Shown here: piece by piece, positions 11,404 to 24,907 of the stretch
Numbering within the stretch: the first letter of the stretch is position 1
How the letters are laid out: each line of letters opens with the position of its first letter
Source of the DNA: a virus
Taxonomy: Duplodnaviria > Heunggongvirae > Uroviricota > Caudoviricetes
Strand: one strand, 5' to 3'
DNA length: 45,350 nucleotides
IMG/VR virus record: IMGVR_UViG_2541047917_000003
Notes under the pieces: model-generated
Told to the model about the DNA's origin: nothing
Database searches by the model: none
What the model saw: the letters and a program-made list of their open reading frames with translations, nothing else
Made by a program: the position numbers and the translations under genes

Positions 11404-11802
11404 TTATTGCATTCTGGCCAGGCCACGTTCTGTCATTTCGGCTGCCACACCGGCAGAGACACGAAACGCCGTTCCCGGCAGCACAAATGCCACAGGTTTA
11501 TCCCGCGTGGCGTGAAGTGCATCAGTATGCAGCGTCACCAGTGCCACGACCGTGACCAGTTCAGCCGTATCCTGAATCACGGTATCCGGCTGCGCTGATA
11601 CCACCTCATTTTCATGCCCGGTCAGCACATTTTCCCGGCTGAGAGGGGTGTCCTGACCGGCAGTTTCATCCGTGTCATCAAGCTCTTCTTCCAGCTCTGC
11701 CACACGAAGCGCCAGTTCTTCTTTCGTTCCCGTCAAACTGACATCGCGGTTCAGTTGCTCACCCAGCTCCTGAAGACGGGCAATCAGTTCATCTTTCGTC
11801 AT
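11404..11802 (-). CDS. FI: DNA packaging protein FI
   Basis: ORF 11404..11841; likely start at MTKDELIARL (132 aa); acidic coiled-coil region. Confidence 0.85.
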   Translation of the reverse strand: MTKDELIARLQELGEQLNRDVSLTGTKEELALRVAELEEELDDTDETAGQDTPLSRENVLTGHENEVVSAQPDTVIQDTAELVTVVALVTLHTDALHATRDKPVAFVLPGTAFRVSAGVAAEMTERGLARMQ

Positions 11803-11843
11803 GAACTCCTCCACAGAGAGAAAATGGCCCCGAAGGGCCATGA

Positions 11844-12869
11844 TTACGCCAGTTGTACAGACACGAACTCATCAGGATCAGCCAGCAGCATCAGCGGTGC
11901 TGACTGAATCATGGTGAACTCACGCGCCGGATCGCCGGTGGTCACCCAGTTTTTCGGGTAACGGGCAGAGGCGTTAATGCCTTCGCGCTGTGCGTCCGCA
12001 TCCTGAATGCAGCCATAGGTGCGCAGACCGCGTGCCTGAGTGTTCCCCAGCACCATCGTGTTGTCCGGCAGGAAGTTCTTTTTGACGCCGTTTTCCACGT
12101 ACTGTCCGGAATACACGACGATGGCCACATCGCCATACATCCCCTTGTAGGACACCGCTTTGCCCAGGTCTTTCACCGCTGTCTCCAGCTCGGAATGAGA
12201 GCCACGATGGGTATCCAGCTTCTCCTTGACGGCTTTGAAGGAACGGAACAGCGCCCAGCCTTTCGGATCAAACACGATGATATTCACCACTCCGCTGGCG
12301 TTCAGCGCGTAGGCTTCGATATCGTCGGTCGGGTCATACGTGGACTTGTCACGCTTGCTCCACTCCGTGCCGCCGGACTGCGTGATGTTGTTGGCCGCAC
12401 TGCGGCCCATATCCACTTCAACCGGATCGAAAGCTTCACCGGTCATGGTGTATTTGCCCTTAAGCACGGCAGAAACTGCCTGCATCTCTTCGACCTGGGC
12501 AATGGCCAGCTCTTCGTCACGCATGTTCTGCATAATGATGCGACGGCGGCGGTAAGTCGGGTCCGCCAGATTCTGCGGATCTTCATCCGGCAGGCGACGC
12601 AGGGTCATCTGCGGATTCACCTCATGCTTCGGCTTGACATATCCCGGCGTAAATTCAGAGGTGGAGCCGCCACGGGAGCGGATAACCTCACCGGAAACAA
12701 TCGGCGAAACGTACAGCGCCATGTTTACCAGCCCCGGAATTTGTGAGAGATAGACTTTCTCCGTGGTGAAGGGATAGCTCTCACGGAAAAAGAGACGCAG
12801 AAACAGCGGATCAAACTTAAATTTCTGCTCATTTGCCGCCAGCAGCTGGGCGGTTGTGTACATCGACAT
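11844..12869 (-). CDS. E: Major capsid protein E
   Basis: ORF 11844..12896; likely start MSMYTTAQLLAANEQ (341 aa); lambda E position. Confidence 0.95.
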   Translation of the reverse strand: MSMYTTAQLLAANEQKFKFDPLFLRLFFRESYPFTTEKVYLSQIPGLVNMALYVSPIVSGEVIRSRGGSTSEFTPGYVKPKHEVNPQMTLRRLPDEDPQNLADPTYRRRRIIMQNMRDEELAIAQVEEMQAVSAVLKGKYTMTGEAFDPVEVDMGRSAANNITQSGGTEWSKRDKSTYDPTDDIEAYALNASGVVNIIVFDPKGWALFRSFKAVKEKLDTHRGSHSELETAVKDLGKAVSYKGMYGDVAIVVYSGQYVENGVKKNFLPDNTMVLGNTQARGLRTYGCIQDADAQREGINASARYPKNWVTTGDPAREFTMIQSAPLMLLADPDEFVSVQLA

Positions 12870-12924
12870 AAAAAAATCCCGTAAAAAAAGCCGCACAGGC
12901 GGCCTTTAGTGATGAAGGGTAAGG

Positions 12925-13257
12925 TTAAACGATGCTGATTGCCGTTCCGGCAAACGCGGTCCGTTTTTTCGTCTCGTCGCTGGCAGCCTCCGGCCAGAGC
13001 ACATCCTCATAACGGAACGTGCCGGACTTGTAGAACGTCAGCGTGGTGCTGGTCTGGTCAGCAGCAACAGCAAGAATGCCAACGGCAGCACCGTCGGTGG
13101 TGCCATCCCACGCAACCAGCTTACGGGTGGAGGTGTCCAGCATCAGCGGGGTCATTACAGGCGCTTTCGCACTCAATCCGCCTGGCGCGGTTGCGGTATG
13201 AGCCGGGTCACTGTTGCCCAGCGGCTGGTAATGGGTAAAGGTTTCTTTGCTCGTCAT
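12925..13257 (-). CDS. D: Capsid decoration protein D
   Basis: ORF 12925..13263; likely start [12 protein letters not shown] (110 aa). Confidence 0.9.
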   Translation of the reverse strand: MTSKETFTHYQPLGNSDPAHTATAPGGLSAKAPVMTPLMLDTSTRKLVAWDGTTDGAAVGILAVAADQTSTTLTFYKSGTFRYEDVLWPEAASDETKKRTAFAGTAISIV

Positions 13258-13266
13258 AAACATCCC

Positions 13267-13872
13267 TTACACTGGTGTGTTCAGCAAATCGTTAACGGCA
13301 TCAGATGCCGGGTTACCTGCAGCCAGCGGTGCCGGTGCACCCTGCATCAGACGATCCAGCGCAGTGTCACTGCGCGCCTGTGCACTCTGTGGTGCTGCGG
13401 CCAGAATGCGGCGGGCCGTTTCCACGGTCATACCGGGGGTTTCTGCCAGAACGCGCGCCTGTTCTTCGCGTCCGTGAGCCTCCTCACAGTTGAGGATCCC
13501 CATAATGCGGCTGTTTTCTGCCGCAACCGCTGCAGTGATCTGCGCGTTCACGTCCGGCTGCGCCGCGCTGGCGTTTTCGCCCTCCGTCGCTTGCACCACG
13601 TCAGTAACGTCAGCCTGCGAAGCAGTGGCTGAAACAGTTGTTGATTGAGTCTCTTTGGTCATTCGCCCTCCTGAGAGACGGGATTTACGTGCATCCAGTG
13701 CATCACGCATAACGGTGATCGCATCGGTGCTGTTGACAAGTTCATCAGCCAGTCCGGCATCAATGGCCTCCTGACCGCTGTACACTGCAGCCTCGGTATC
13801 CAGCACAGCCTGCACGGACAGGCCGGTATATGCCGACACCTTCTGCGCAAACATCCGGCGGGTTGCATCCAT
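13267..13872 (-). CDS. nu3: Scaffolding protein Nu3 (nested in-frame in the C 3' part)
   Basis: Internal in-frame Met (MDATRRMFAQKV...) 201 codons before the shared stop; assigned by lambda gene organisation. Confidence 0.55.
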   Translation of the reverse strand: MDATRRMFAQKVSAYTGLSVQAVLDTEAAVYSGQEAIDAGLADELVNSTDAITVMRDALDARKSRLSGGRMTKETQSTTVSATASQADVTDVVQATEGENASAAQPDVNAQITAAVAAENSRIMGILNCEEAHGREEQARVLAETPGMTVETARRILAAAPQSAQARSDTALDRLMQGAPAPLAAGNPASDAVNDLLNTPV

Positions 13873-14566
13873 CCGGGACTGCAGTGTCTCCCGGACATCA
13901 CCCGGTAGATGGCTGTAGGGGTTGCCATCCACCTTATGGCTGCCGCTGTAAATCAGCGTGATTTCCACGCCCTGTTTCTCCAGCGCAGCGCCGTAATTAC
14001 TGTGAGCCATCATGACGCCGATGGAGCCTGTCCGGGCGGTCTGCGTGACCAGACGCCGGGAGGCGGCGCTGGCAAGCAGCTGACCTGCACTGCAGTTCAT
14101 GTCGTTGGCCAGCGCCCATACCGGCTTTATGTCACGCACACGGGCGATGATGTCAGCACAGTCAAATGCTCCCGCCACCATCCCGCCCGGTGTGTCCATA
14201 TCGAGCAGAATGCCGTCCACCATCGGATCGCTGGCAGCCTGTTGCAGACGAGCGATAATGCCGTTGTAACCGGTCATTCCCGAATACGGCTGCAGCGCCC
14301 GCGTCCGGCTGACCAGCGTACCGGACACCGGCAGCACGGCGATGCCGTTCATGACCTGATAACTGCGGGCCTGTCGTGGTCCGTCATCATCACCGGATAA
14401 TGCCAGCGTCGCGAGTGCCTCCTGGGCAGTCAGGCTGTCGCCGGACACCGCATCCGTCAGGCGGCTGATCCCAAGCTGGCCTGCAAGCGCACAAAAGAAA
14501 ACCCGCGCATAGGCGGGTTCAAGCATCAGCGGCTCATTAAAGGCCATGCTGGCAATATGCGGGAGA

Positions 14567-14586
<20 letters not shown>
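13267..14586 (-). CDS. C: Head maturation protease / scaffold C
   Basis: Lambda C-like sequence begins at an in-frame GTG (codon 50 of the 488-aa ORF; SD AGGAGGAG upstream), giving 439 aa. Confidence 0.85.
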
Positions 14587-18267
<3,681 letters not shown>

Positions 18268-18293
<26 letters not shown>

Positions 18294-18813
18294 TCAGCAA
18301 CCCCGGTATCAGTTCATCCAGCGCGGCTGCTTTGTTCATGGCTTTGATGATATCCCGTTTCAGGAAATCAACATGTCGGTTTTCCAGTTCCGGAAAACGC
18401 CGCTGCACCGACAGGGGGATCCCGTCGAGAATACTGGCAATTTCACCTGCGATCCGCGACAACACGAAAGTACAGAATGCGGTTTCCACCACTTCAGCGG
18501 AGTCTCTGGCATTCTTCAGTTCCTGTGCGTCGGCCTGCGCACGCGTAAGTCGATGGCGTTCGTACTCAATAGTCCCTGGCTGGAGATCTGCCTCGCTGGC
18601 CTGCCGCAGTTCTTCAACCTCCCGGCGCAGCTTTTCGTTCTCAATTTCAGCATCCCTTTCGGCATACCATTTTATGACGGCGGCAGAGTCATAAAGCACC
18701 TCATTACCCTTGCCACCGCCTCGCAGAACGGGCATTCCCTGTTCCTGCCAGTTCTGAATGGTACGGATACTCGCACCGAAAATGTCAGCCAGCTGCTTTT
18801 TGTTGACTTCCAT
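18268..18813 (-). CDS. nu1: Terminase small subunit Nu1
   Basis: 181-aa ORF starting MEVNKKQLADIFGASIRTIQNWQEQGMPV (winged-HTH), directly downstream of cos. Confidence 0.95.
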
Positions 18814-18990
18814 TGTTCATTCCACGGACAAAAACAGAGAAAGGAAACGACAGAGGCCAAAAAGCTCGCTTTCAGCACCTGTCGTTTCCTTTCTTTTCAG
18901 GGGGTATTTTAAATAAAAACATTAAGTTACGACGAAGAAGAACGGAAACACCTTAAACCGGAAAATTTTCATAAATAGCGAAAACCCGCG

Positions 18991-19002
18991 AGGTCGCCGC
19001 CC
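18991..19002. other. cosN cohesive-end site (12-nt overhang sequence)
   Basis: AGGTCGCCGCCC on + strand is the reverse complement of the lambda 5'-GGGCGGCGACCT overhang; ~180 nt upstream of Nu1 as in lambda. Confidence 0.8.
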
Positions 19003-19201
19003 CGTAACCTGTCGGATCGCCGGAAAGGACCCGCAAAATGATAATAATTATCATCTACATGTCACAACGTGCATCTACGCCATCAAACCACGTCAAATAA
19101 TCAATTATGACGCAGGTATCGTATTAATTGATCTGCATCAACTTAACGTAAAAAAAACTTCAGACAATACAAATCAGCAACACAGAATACGGGACAACCT
19201 C

Positions 19202-19435
19202 ATGTCAACGAAGAACAGAACCCGCAGAACAACAACCCGCAACATCCGCTTTCCTAACCAAATGATTGAACAAATTAACATCGCTCTTGTTCAAAAAGGG
19301 TCCGGGAATTTCTCAGCCTGGGTCATTGAAGCCTGCCGCCGGAGACTGTGCTCAGAAAAAAGAGTTTCGCCTGAAGCAAACAAAGAAAAGAGTGACATTA
19401 CTGAATTGCTCAGAAAACAGGTTAGACCAGATTGA
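19202..19435 (+). CDS. Small basic ribbon-helix-helix-like protein (hypothetical)
   Basis: 77-aa ORF; basic N-terminus then RNIRFPNQMIEQINIALVQKGSGNFSAWVIEACRRRL, a strand-helix-helix pattern typical of Arc/CopG-type RHH proteins; opposite strand to the packaging genes. Confidence 0.5.
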   Translation: MSTKNRTRRTTTRNIRFPNQMIEQINIALVQKGSGNFSAWVIEACRRRLCSEKRVSPEANKEKSDITELLRKQVRPD

Positions 19436-19492
19436 AGCAATCTAGATAATCGTGCAGACTACGCCCCCTCATATCACATGGAAGGTACTACA

Positions 19493-19903
19493 ATGGCTCA
19501 GGTTGCCATTTTTAAACAAATATTCGATAAAGTGCGAAATAATTTAAACTATCACTGGTTTTATTCTGAACTAAAACGTCACAATGTCTCACATTACATT
19601 TACTATTTAGCCACAGAGAATATTCATCTTGTTCTTGAAAACGATAATACGGTTTTAATAAAAGGACAGGGTAAGGTTGTAAATGTAAGATTTTCAAAAA
19701 ATAAATGCCTTATAGAAGCCACCTTAAAAGGATTCAAATCAGGAGAGTTATCATTTTACGAATACAGGAAAAATCTTGCTACAGCAGGGGTTTTCAGATG
19801 GATTACAAATATCCACGAAAACAAAAGGTATTACTATACCTTTGATAATTCATTACTCTTTACTGAGAACATTCAGAACACTACACAAATATTTCCGCAC
19901 TAA
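19493..19903 (+). CDS. DUF1398 family protein (YbcV-like)
   Basis: ORF 19478..19903; likely start [11 protein letters not shown] with SD ggaagg. Strong resemblance, from memory, to DLP12 YbcV (...[15 protein letters not shown]...[27 protein letters not shown]). AT-rich. Confidence 0.65.
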   Translation: MAQVAIFKQIFDKVRNNLNYHWFYSELKRHNVSHYIYYLATENIHLVLENDNTVLIKGQGKVVNVRFSKNKCLIEATLKGFKSGELSFYEYRKNLATAGVFRWITNIHENKRYYYTFDNSLLFTENIQNTTQIFPH

Positions 19904-20473
19904 ATCATAACGTCCGGTTTCTTCCGTGCCAGAACCGGACTCGCTGGCATGATGAAATATGTGTACCCGGTAACCCCGGTGTGCATCGTTTTTGATTATT
20001 CCCGCACACTCGCGCAGAAGGAGTTCCCCGTCGGGCTACGGTCTCTGTTAATACGGGAATACGGCGACGATACAGCGCATGATGTGTCAGGCTTGAATAC
20101 CTTTATCCTTTAAAAGGGATATCAGTTAAGTTATCCCGTGTAGGGTATAAGCCATTATCAAAGCCACTCTGTAGGGAATGGCTTTTGTGATGGCATCACT
20201 TACTCTTTACGCTGCTATCCCACTCATCCCGGAATTTTGATGGGTTATTGAAACCTTCTGCTGACATAACAACTCCTTCAATGTTTGGCTGAAATTAGGA
20301 TGTCTTTCCATCAGTCCGCCACCACAAAGAATCCTTTTTGCCATAAGGCAGGAGGTTCATCTTTCAGTGGCTGCCGGTGTTATTTCCCCACTTACTGGCT
20401 TGGGTTGTTTCGTGGTACTGCCGTTAACTGGTGGCGCACAGATTTAGTTAAATCCGTTCTCGCCTGAACTATC

Positions 20474-20503
20474 TTTTACATACCCGGATTGTGGGGATGT
20501 AAA
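20474..20503. repeat. ~30-bp element TTTTACATACCCGGATTGTGGGGATGTAAA, one of a small repeat family
   Basis: Near-identical copy at 20922-20953 inside the KilA-N ORF (encodes ILHPSQSRYVKT); longer related hairpin-containing elements at ~20128-20195 and ~20481-20552 in the 700-bp non-coding stretch. Confidence 0.6.
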
Positions 20504-20612
20504 TCACGGTTTCATTATCAAGCCCACCCGTAGATGGGCTTTGTAATGGATAGCCGTTGCTCAGTTCTAGTAATGCTTTGATTTTTTCGATAACGCAGTT
20601 TTGCGTTTGCCA

Positions 20613-21134
20613 TCAGCACGCGATATCGAGAGTCAACTGCAGTTGCTCGCGCCAGTACTCAACATTTGCTTCAATAACCGGCTTATCCCATCGCCAGCGA
20701 GCCATCTCTCTTGCCCCATTGCTGGCTTTTGATTTCCGGTCATCGCGAATGCGACATGCTTGCTCATATTTCTGCTGCTCAGTCAGTTCACCGCGAAGCA
20801 GACTATCAATGTGCAGGTCGCACCACACAGCAAAACGAGCATCACACCAACGGGCAAATGCAACTGAAAGTTTTGGATGTAGCCACGTACCACCACCCCT
20901 GTCCTTTCGTGCCTTGCTGGTTTTTACATACCTCGATTGTGAGGGATGTAAAATTTGAGATTCTTTCCCGGTCAACGCTTCGTCTAAAGCACGAACGTAT
21001 TCAAGCGTTTCTGCCAAACGCATCCAGTTATCAATGCGTTTCCCAAATCTCTCAGCAACACCTGTGACGTTGATCCAACCATCAGTGTTGAAACTGACAA
21101 TTTCACCTTTGTAATTAAGTGGCACGATATTCAT
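20613..21134 (-). CDS. KilA-N domain protein
   Basis: 173-aa ORF; motif GGTWLHPKLSVAFARWCDARFAVWCD typical of the KilA-N DNA-binding domain; downstream of Rz. Confidence 0.7.
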   Translation of the reverse strand: MNIVPLNYKGEIVSFNTDGWINVTGVAERFGKRIDNWMRLAETLEYVRALDEALTGKESQILHPSQSRYVKTSKARKDRGGGTWLHPKLSVAFARWCDARFAVWCDLHIDSLLRGELTEQQKYEQACRIRDDRKSKASNGAREMARWRWDKPVIEANVEYWREQLQLTLDIAC

Positions 21135-21250
21135 AACGTTTACCTACCATTTGAAATGAACCTTTGCCGCACAGGAAACCAGCCCACCGAGGCTCGCCAG
21201 CACTAACTGGTATCCTCAAAGGCCCATTCCAAAGGGGCAGGTTCGGTGTA

Positions 21251-21307
21251 AAAAAAACATGCGTTGCGGTACGCATTTATTGCAAAAAAGCCCCGCATCG
21301 CGAGGCT
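21251..21307 (-). terminator. Two tandem intrinsic terminators downstream of Rz
   Basis: On the - strand: GCCTCGCGATGCGGGGC + TTTTTT (21284-21307) and ATGCGTACCGCAACGCAT + TTTTTTT (21251-21276). Confidence 0.6.
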
Positions 21308-21338
21308 CATTAAATGGACTTTGTGATTTGCAAAAAAA

Positions 21339-21797
21339 TTATTTCAGACATTGCGTCCTGATGTACTCCTGCAGGTAGTTAACCTGCGCGGTTATCCTGT
21401 CGATTCCACTTCGGAGACGGTAATAATTGAGTTCAGCATCTGCTGTAAGTCTTGGGCTTTCTCCATCGCCCATGCCGCTGGCTCCGGTCGTTGACTTTGC
21501 ACAGGTGGCGGCGACTTGCAGGCGCTTACGCCCAGCAGAAACATCAGCACGGAGACTTTCGATAGTCGCGTTAGCATCAGCAAGCTCCTTTGTGTATCTT
21601 GCGTCGAGTTCTGCTACATCACGTTGACGCTTCCGCATGTCAGCGATGGTGGCGTTCGCCTTCTCCAGTTCACTGGCCTTGTTATCGCGCTGCTCTTTGT
21701 AGGCGATTGCGTTATCACGGTAATGATTAACAGCCCATGACAGGCAGACGATGATGCAGATAACCAGAGCATAAATAATCGCGGCGACTCTGCTCAC
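21339..21797 (-). CDS. Rz: Spanin inner-membrane subunit Rz (i-spanin)
   Basis: ORF 21339..21812; likely GTG start overlapping the R stop (GTGA), giving (M)[30 protein letters not shown]..., close to lambda Rz N-terminus; TM helix plus coiled coil. Confidence 0.85.
   Translation of the reverse strand: MSRVAAIIYALVICIIVCLSWAVNHYRDNAIAYKEQRDNKASELEKANATIADMRKRQRDVAELDARYTKELADANATIESLRADVSAGRKRLQVAATCAKSTTGASGMGDGESPRLTADAELNYYRLRSGIDRITAQVNYLQEYIRTQCLK
21392..21583 (-). CDS. Rz1: Spanin outer-membrane lipoprotein Rz1 (o-spanin), embedded in Rz
   Basis: 63-aa ORF in the +1 frame inside Rz; signal peptide with lipobox (LLGVSAC) and Pro-rich segment. Confidence 0.75.
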   Translation of the reverse strand: MLMLTRLSKVSVLMFLLGVSACKSPPPVQSQRPEPAAWAMEKAQDLQQMLNSIITVSEVESTG

Positions 21798-22327
21798 TGA
21801 TCTATCCCCCAACAGGCTAATGCGCTTTCCTGGTCACGACGAATAACCTGTCCATAGCAGTTATTTGAACGTATGCGGCAATCGCGCCCACCATCTTTTA
21901 TCCACCAGCGAATCGCCTCGCATGCACCTTTACGATCACCGGCATTCAGCCGCTTATAAAACGTCGACGGGAAACACTTACCGGGGCCAATGTTATAGGG
22001 ACAAAATGACGCGATACCCGCTTTCTGTGGTTCGGTCAGTGGCACTTTAATATTGCGCTCCACCCATGCCAGCGCCTTATCCCGTTCAATGGCGTTAACC
22101 TGGTCGCATTTTTCCTTCGACAGTTTCATACCGGGAAAAACGGGTTTTCCATCCACCACCGTGGCACCCCGACAGATGGTCCAGATGCCGGAACCATCGC
22201 GGTATGCCGTTGTGTGGTTACCTTCTTTTTCATCCAGAAACTGGTCGAGAATATCAGGCGCAGGCGCACCGACGGCAATCAGTGCCAGAACGGCAGCCGA
22301 CAGGCCGTATCTGATTTTTGCGTTCAT
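21794..22327 (-). CDS. R: SAR endolysin (GH24 lysozyme with signal-anchor-release N-terminus)
   Basis: 177-aa ORF; N-terminal hydrophobic segment [16 protein letters not shown] then T4-lysozyme-like catalytic region (EG.HTTAYRD.SG.WTIC.G); resembles Qin/phage-21-type lysozymes, not lambda R. Confidence 0.9.
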   Translation of the reverse strand: MNAKIRYGLSAAVLALIAVGAPAPDILDQFLDEKEGNHTTAYRDGSGIWTICRGATVVDGKPVFPGMKLSKEKCDQVNAIERDKALAWVERNIKVPLTEPQKAGIASFCPYNIGPGKCFPSTFYKRLNAGDRKGACEAIRWWIKDGGRDCRIRSNNCYGQVIRRDQESALACWGIDQ

Positions 22328-22432
22328 GGATATTTATCAGGATTTATCGGTTTCTGAACCCTGGATATGTTTATCTGTCCCGGCCTGTTGAATCAGGCAA
22401 GGAATAGTTAAATACAATAGAGAGGATTGTTT

Positions 22433-22705
22433 ATGGACAATAGCACCATTTCTCTACAGGAGTTGCTCGACTGCATTTCCAGGCTTCGGGATGATGTAAA
22501 TGCCCTTACTGTCGCATTTTCATATCTGGCATTCTCAATTCCCAAGGAACAAATGCAACCAACACTGGCATCGCTCCAGCTTGAATCACTCAACCCCAAA
22601 TGGTCCCAGCAACAACAAAATTCTTTCAAGTGGCTGGCGGTATTACTGGAAGAAAAATATGCTGGTGAAATTACCATTTCGGCGGAGTCTTCAGAGAACC
22701 AGTAA
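22433..22705 (+). CDS. Hypothetical 90-aa protein on the opposite strand inside the lysis cassette
   Basis: ATG at 22433 preceded by AGAGGA; ORF track lists 22427..22705 from an upstream TTG. Convergent with and overlapping the 3' end of the 22671..23015 gene. No family recognised. Confidence 0.4.
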   Translation: MDNSTISLQELLDCISRLRDDVNALTVAFSYLAFSIPKEQMQPTLASLQLESLNPKWSQQQQNSFKWLAVLLEEKYAGEITISAESSENQ

Positions 22706-23015
22706 TTCTTCCCGGTAGCTTTCCTTTGTAGGTTATCCACACATTCTGCGCCTCTAAAATTATGGGGCGCTTTTCCGGCGACAGCTCATCCCCTTCACAT
22801 AACCCGGCAGCAACATCCAGGAAGACCTGTCTGATGCTCCTTCTGGCTGCTGCCTCATAAAACTCCAGCGCGGCACCTTCAACACGGTCCAGCGAGATGT
22901 CCAGGTCAAAAATTTCACCGTCAAAGCGTTTTTTGTCCCGTAACGCTAAAGTTACCGTAACTTTATTCTCAAAATTGCGGATCCCTTTCACAATCAGTTC
23001 ATAGTTTTGAGTCAT
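22671..23015 (-). CDS. Hypothetical protein between holin and endolysin (possibly YdfR/DUF1327-like)
   Basis: 114-aa ORF starting 5 nt after the holin stop; N-terminus MTQNYELIVKGIRNFENKVTVTLALRDKKRFDGEIFDLD. Family assignment is from memory. Confidence 0.5.
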   Translation of the reverse strand: MTQNYELIVKGIRNFENKVTVTLALRDKKRFDGEIFDLDISLDRVEGAALEFYEAAARRSIRQVFLDVAAGLCEGDELSPEKRPIILEAQNVWITYKGKLPGRITGSLKTPPKW

Positions 23016-23019
23016 TGAA

Positions 23020-23235
23020 TTACTCTCCCCGTGCAGCCTTACGCTTGTCTTCTTTAATCTTGAAATAAAGGTTTGTCAGGTACGTCAGCAGGCCAAATAC
23101 CAGGCTACCCAGCACTCCAATTGCCGCCCACTGTGAGGGCGTGACTTTATCTAGCAGCTGTAAAAACCAGTACCCGGCACTACCTGCTGAGGTGCCATAG
23201 GCGACACCCGTTGTTAACTTATCCATGGATTTCAT
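23020..23235 (-). CDS. S: Pinholin (phage-21 S-type) with dual start
   Basis: [26 protein letters not shown]...: two TM segments and charged C-terminus; MKxM dual start (antiholin/holin); SD gaggtgggg upstream. Confidence 0.85.
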
Positions 23236-23377
23236 AACCCCACCTCGCAGACAAAGCGGGTGTAAATTGAGGGAATACAACGTATCGCAAAAAAGCAGAA
23301 ACGTAACAGACTCGGAGTCAGTGAATAACTCAGGTATTGGGTTATCAGCTAATATCGAGACTCAAAAAATGGAAAAA

Positions 23378-23396
23378 CCCGCTCGACGGCGGGTTT
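23378..23396 (-). terminator. Intrinsic terminator-like hairpin upstream of the holin gene (candidate late-operon tR')
   Basis: CCCGC-TCGACG-GCGGG stem-loop with AAAAA on + (TTTTT on the - strand). Role as Q-modified terminator is inference. Confidence 0.4.
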
Positions 23397-23824
23397 AAGC
23401 TGTGTGACGAAGTAACCACTCTTAACAGCATAACCAATTTTTTACGTACGTAAACCACTAAATGATATTTGCGAGAATGCTACCGAGTATTGAAAACACC
23501 ACTACAAATACATAAGCAAATCTCAACAAATAACCAACAAATAATTTCCAGTGTTATTTTTAGCTGGTTTAAATTGAACCTTCAAATTATAGAGCACTTA
23601 TAAATAATAGCCGTTAATATAAATTGGCTAATAGATTTATTTTTATTCAGTCAAGAGCCATGAATAGGATTCGATAGAAAAAAGTTCAGATAAAAATAGA
23701 GATCTACTTCACAAATCAAACGAGAAACCAAAACTTACATCTTGAAATAATCACATTGATTAGATGAATATTTATCGCGCAGTGACATCATTTTTTAATA
23801 ATAGTTCAAAAAAAAGGGCTCACG

Positions 23825-24907
23825 ATGAAAAAATTAACAGTGGCAATTTCTGCTGTAGCTGCATCAGTACTGATGGCGATGTCTGCTCAGGCAGCTGAAA
23901 TTTATAATAAAGACAGTAACAAGCTGGATCTGTACGGGAAAGTTAATGCTAAGCACTACTTCTCCTCTAATGATGCAGATGATGGTGATACTACTTATGC
24001 CCGTCTTGGCTTCAAAGGTGAAACCCAAATCAACGATCAACTGACTGGTTTCGGTCAGTGGGAATATGAATTCAAAGGCAACCGCGCTGAATCTCAAGGT
24101 TCCTCCAAAGACAAAACCCGTCTTGCATTTGCAGGCCTGAAATTCGGTGACTACGGCTCAATCGATTACGGCCGTAACTACGGTGTAGCATACGACATCG
24201 GTGCGTGGACTGACGTTCTGCCAGAATTCGGTGGCGATACCTGGACCCAAACAGATGTGTTCATGACTGGTCGCACCACTGGTGTTGCAACCTATCGTAA
24301 CAACGACTTCTTTGGTCTGGTCGATGGCCTGAACTTTGCTGCTCAGTATCAGGGTAAAAATGACCGCACTGACGTAACTGAAGCCAATGGTGATGGTTTC
24401 GGTTTCTCCACTACTTATGAGTATGAAGGATTCGGCGTGGGTGCAACCTATGCTAAATCAGATCGCACTGACGGTCAGGTCGCCTATGGTAAGAGCAAAT
24501 TCAATGCCTCCGGCAAAAATGCGGAAGTATGGGCTGCAGGCCTGAAATATGATGCGAACAATATCTATCTGGCTACCACATATTCTGAAACTCAGAATAT
24601 GACCGTTTTTGGTAATAACCATATTGCAAACAAAGCACAAAACTTTGAAGCAGTAGCACAATATCAGTTTGACTTCGGTCTGCGACCATCTGTTGCTTAC
24701 CTTCAGTCAAAAGGTAAAGACCTTGGTGTTCATGGTGACCGAGACTTAGTCAAGTATGTCGATGTCGGTGCTACTTACTACTTTAATAAAAACATGTCCA
24801 CTTTTGTTGATTACAAAATCAACTTAATTGACGATAGTAAGTTTACCAAAACAGCTGGTATTGATACCGACGACATCGTCGCTGTAGGTCTGGTGTATCA
24901 GTTCTAA
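23825..24907 (+). CDS. Outer-membrane general porin, OmpC/OmpF family (phage-encoded Lc/NmpC-like)
   Basis: 360-aa ORF with signal peptide [30 protein letters not shown]...GKVN start and C-terminal ...VAVGLVYQF; sits between Q and S on the opposite strand as nmpC does in DLP12. Confidence 0.9.
   Translation: MKKLTVAISAVAASVLMAMSAQAAEIYNKDSNKLDLYGKVNAKHYFSSNDADDGDTTYARLGFKGETQINDQLTGFGQWEYEFKGNRAESQGSSKDKTRLAFAGLKFGDYGSIDYGRNYGVAYDIGAWTDVLPEFGGDTWTQTDVFMTGRTTGVATYRNNDFFGLVDGLNFAAQYQGKNDRTDVTEANGDGFGFSTTYEYEGFGVGATYAKSDRTDGQVAYGKSKFNASGKNAEVWAAGLKYDANNIYLATTYSETQNMTVFGNNHIANKAQNFEAVAQYQFDFGLRPSVAYLQSKGKDLGVHGDRDLVKYVDVGATYYFNKNMSTFVDYKINLIDDSKFTKTAGIDTDDIVAVGLVYQF

Noticed and set aside
20285-20467. 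60-aa + strand ORF in the non-coding stretch between the DUF1398 gene and KilA-N
   Set aside because: No Shine-Dalgarno sequence, Cys/Trp-rich low-complexity translation, and it overlaps the repeat elements; more likely non-coding.
23281-23824. tRNA genes in the Q-S interval, where lambdoid phages often carry them
   Set aside because: The interval is AT-rich with no segment showing tRNA-like acceptor-stem/anticodon-arm complementarity on inspection; it is best explained as the porin promoter/leader and late-operon control region. Not excluded without tRNAscan.
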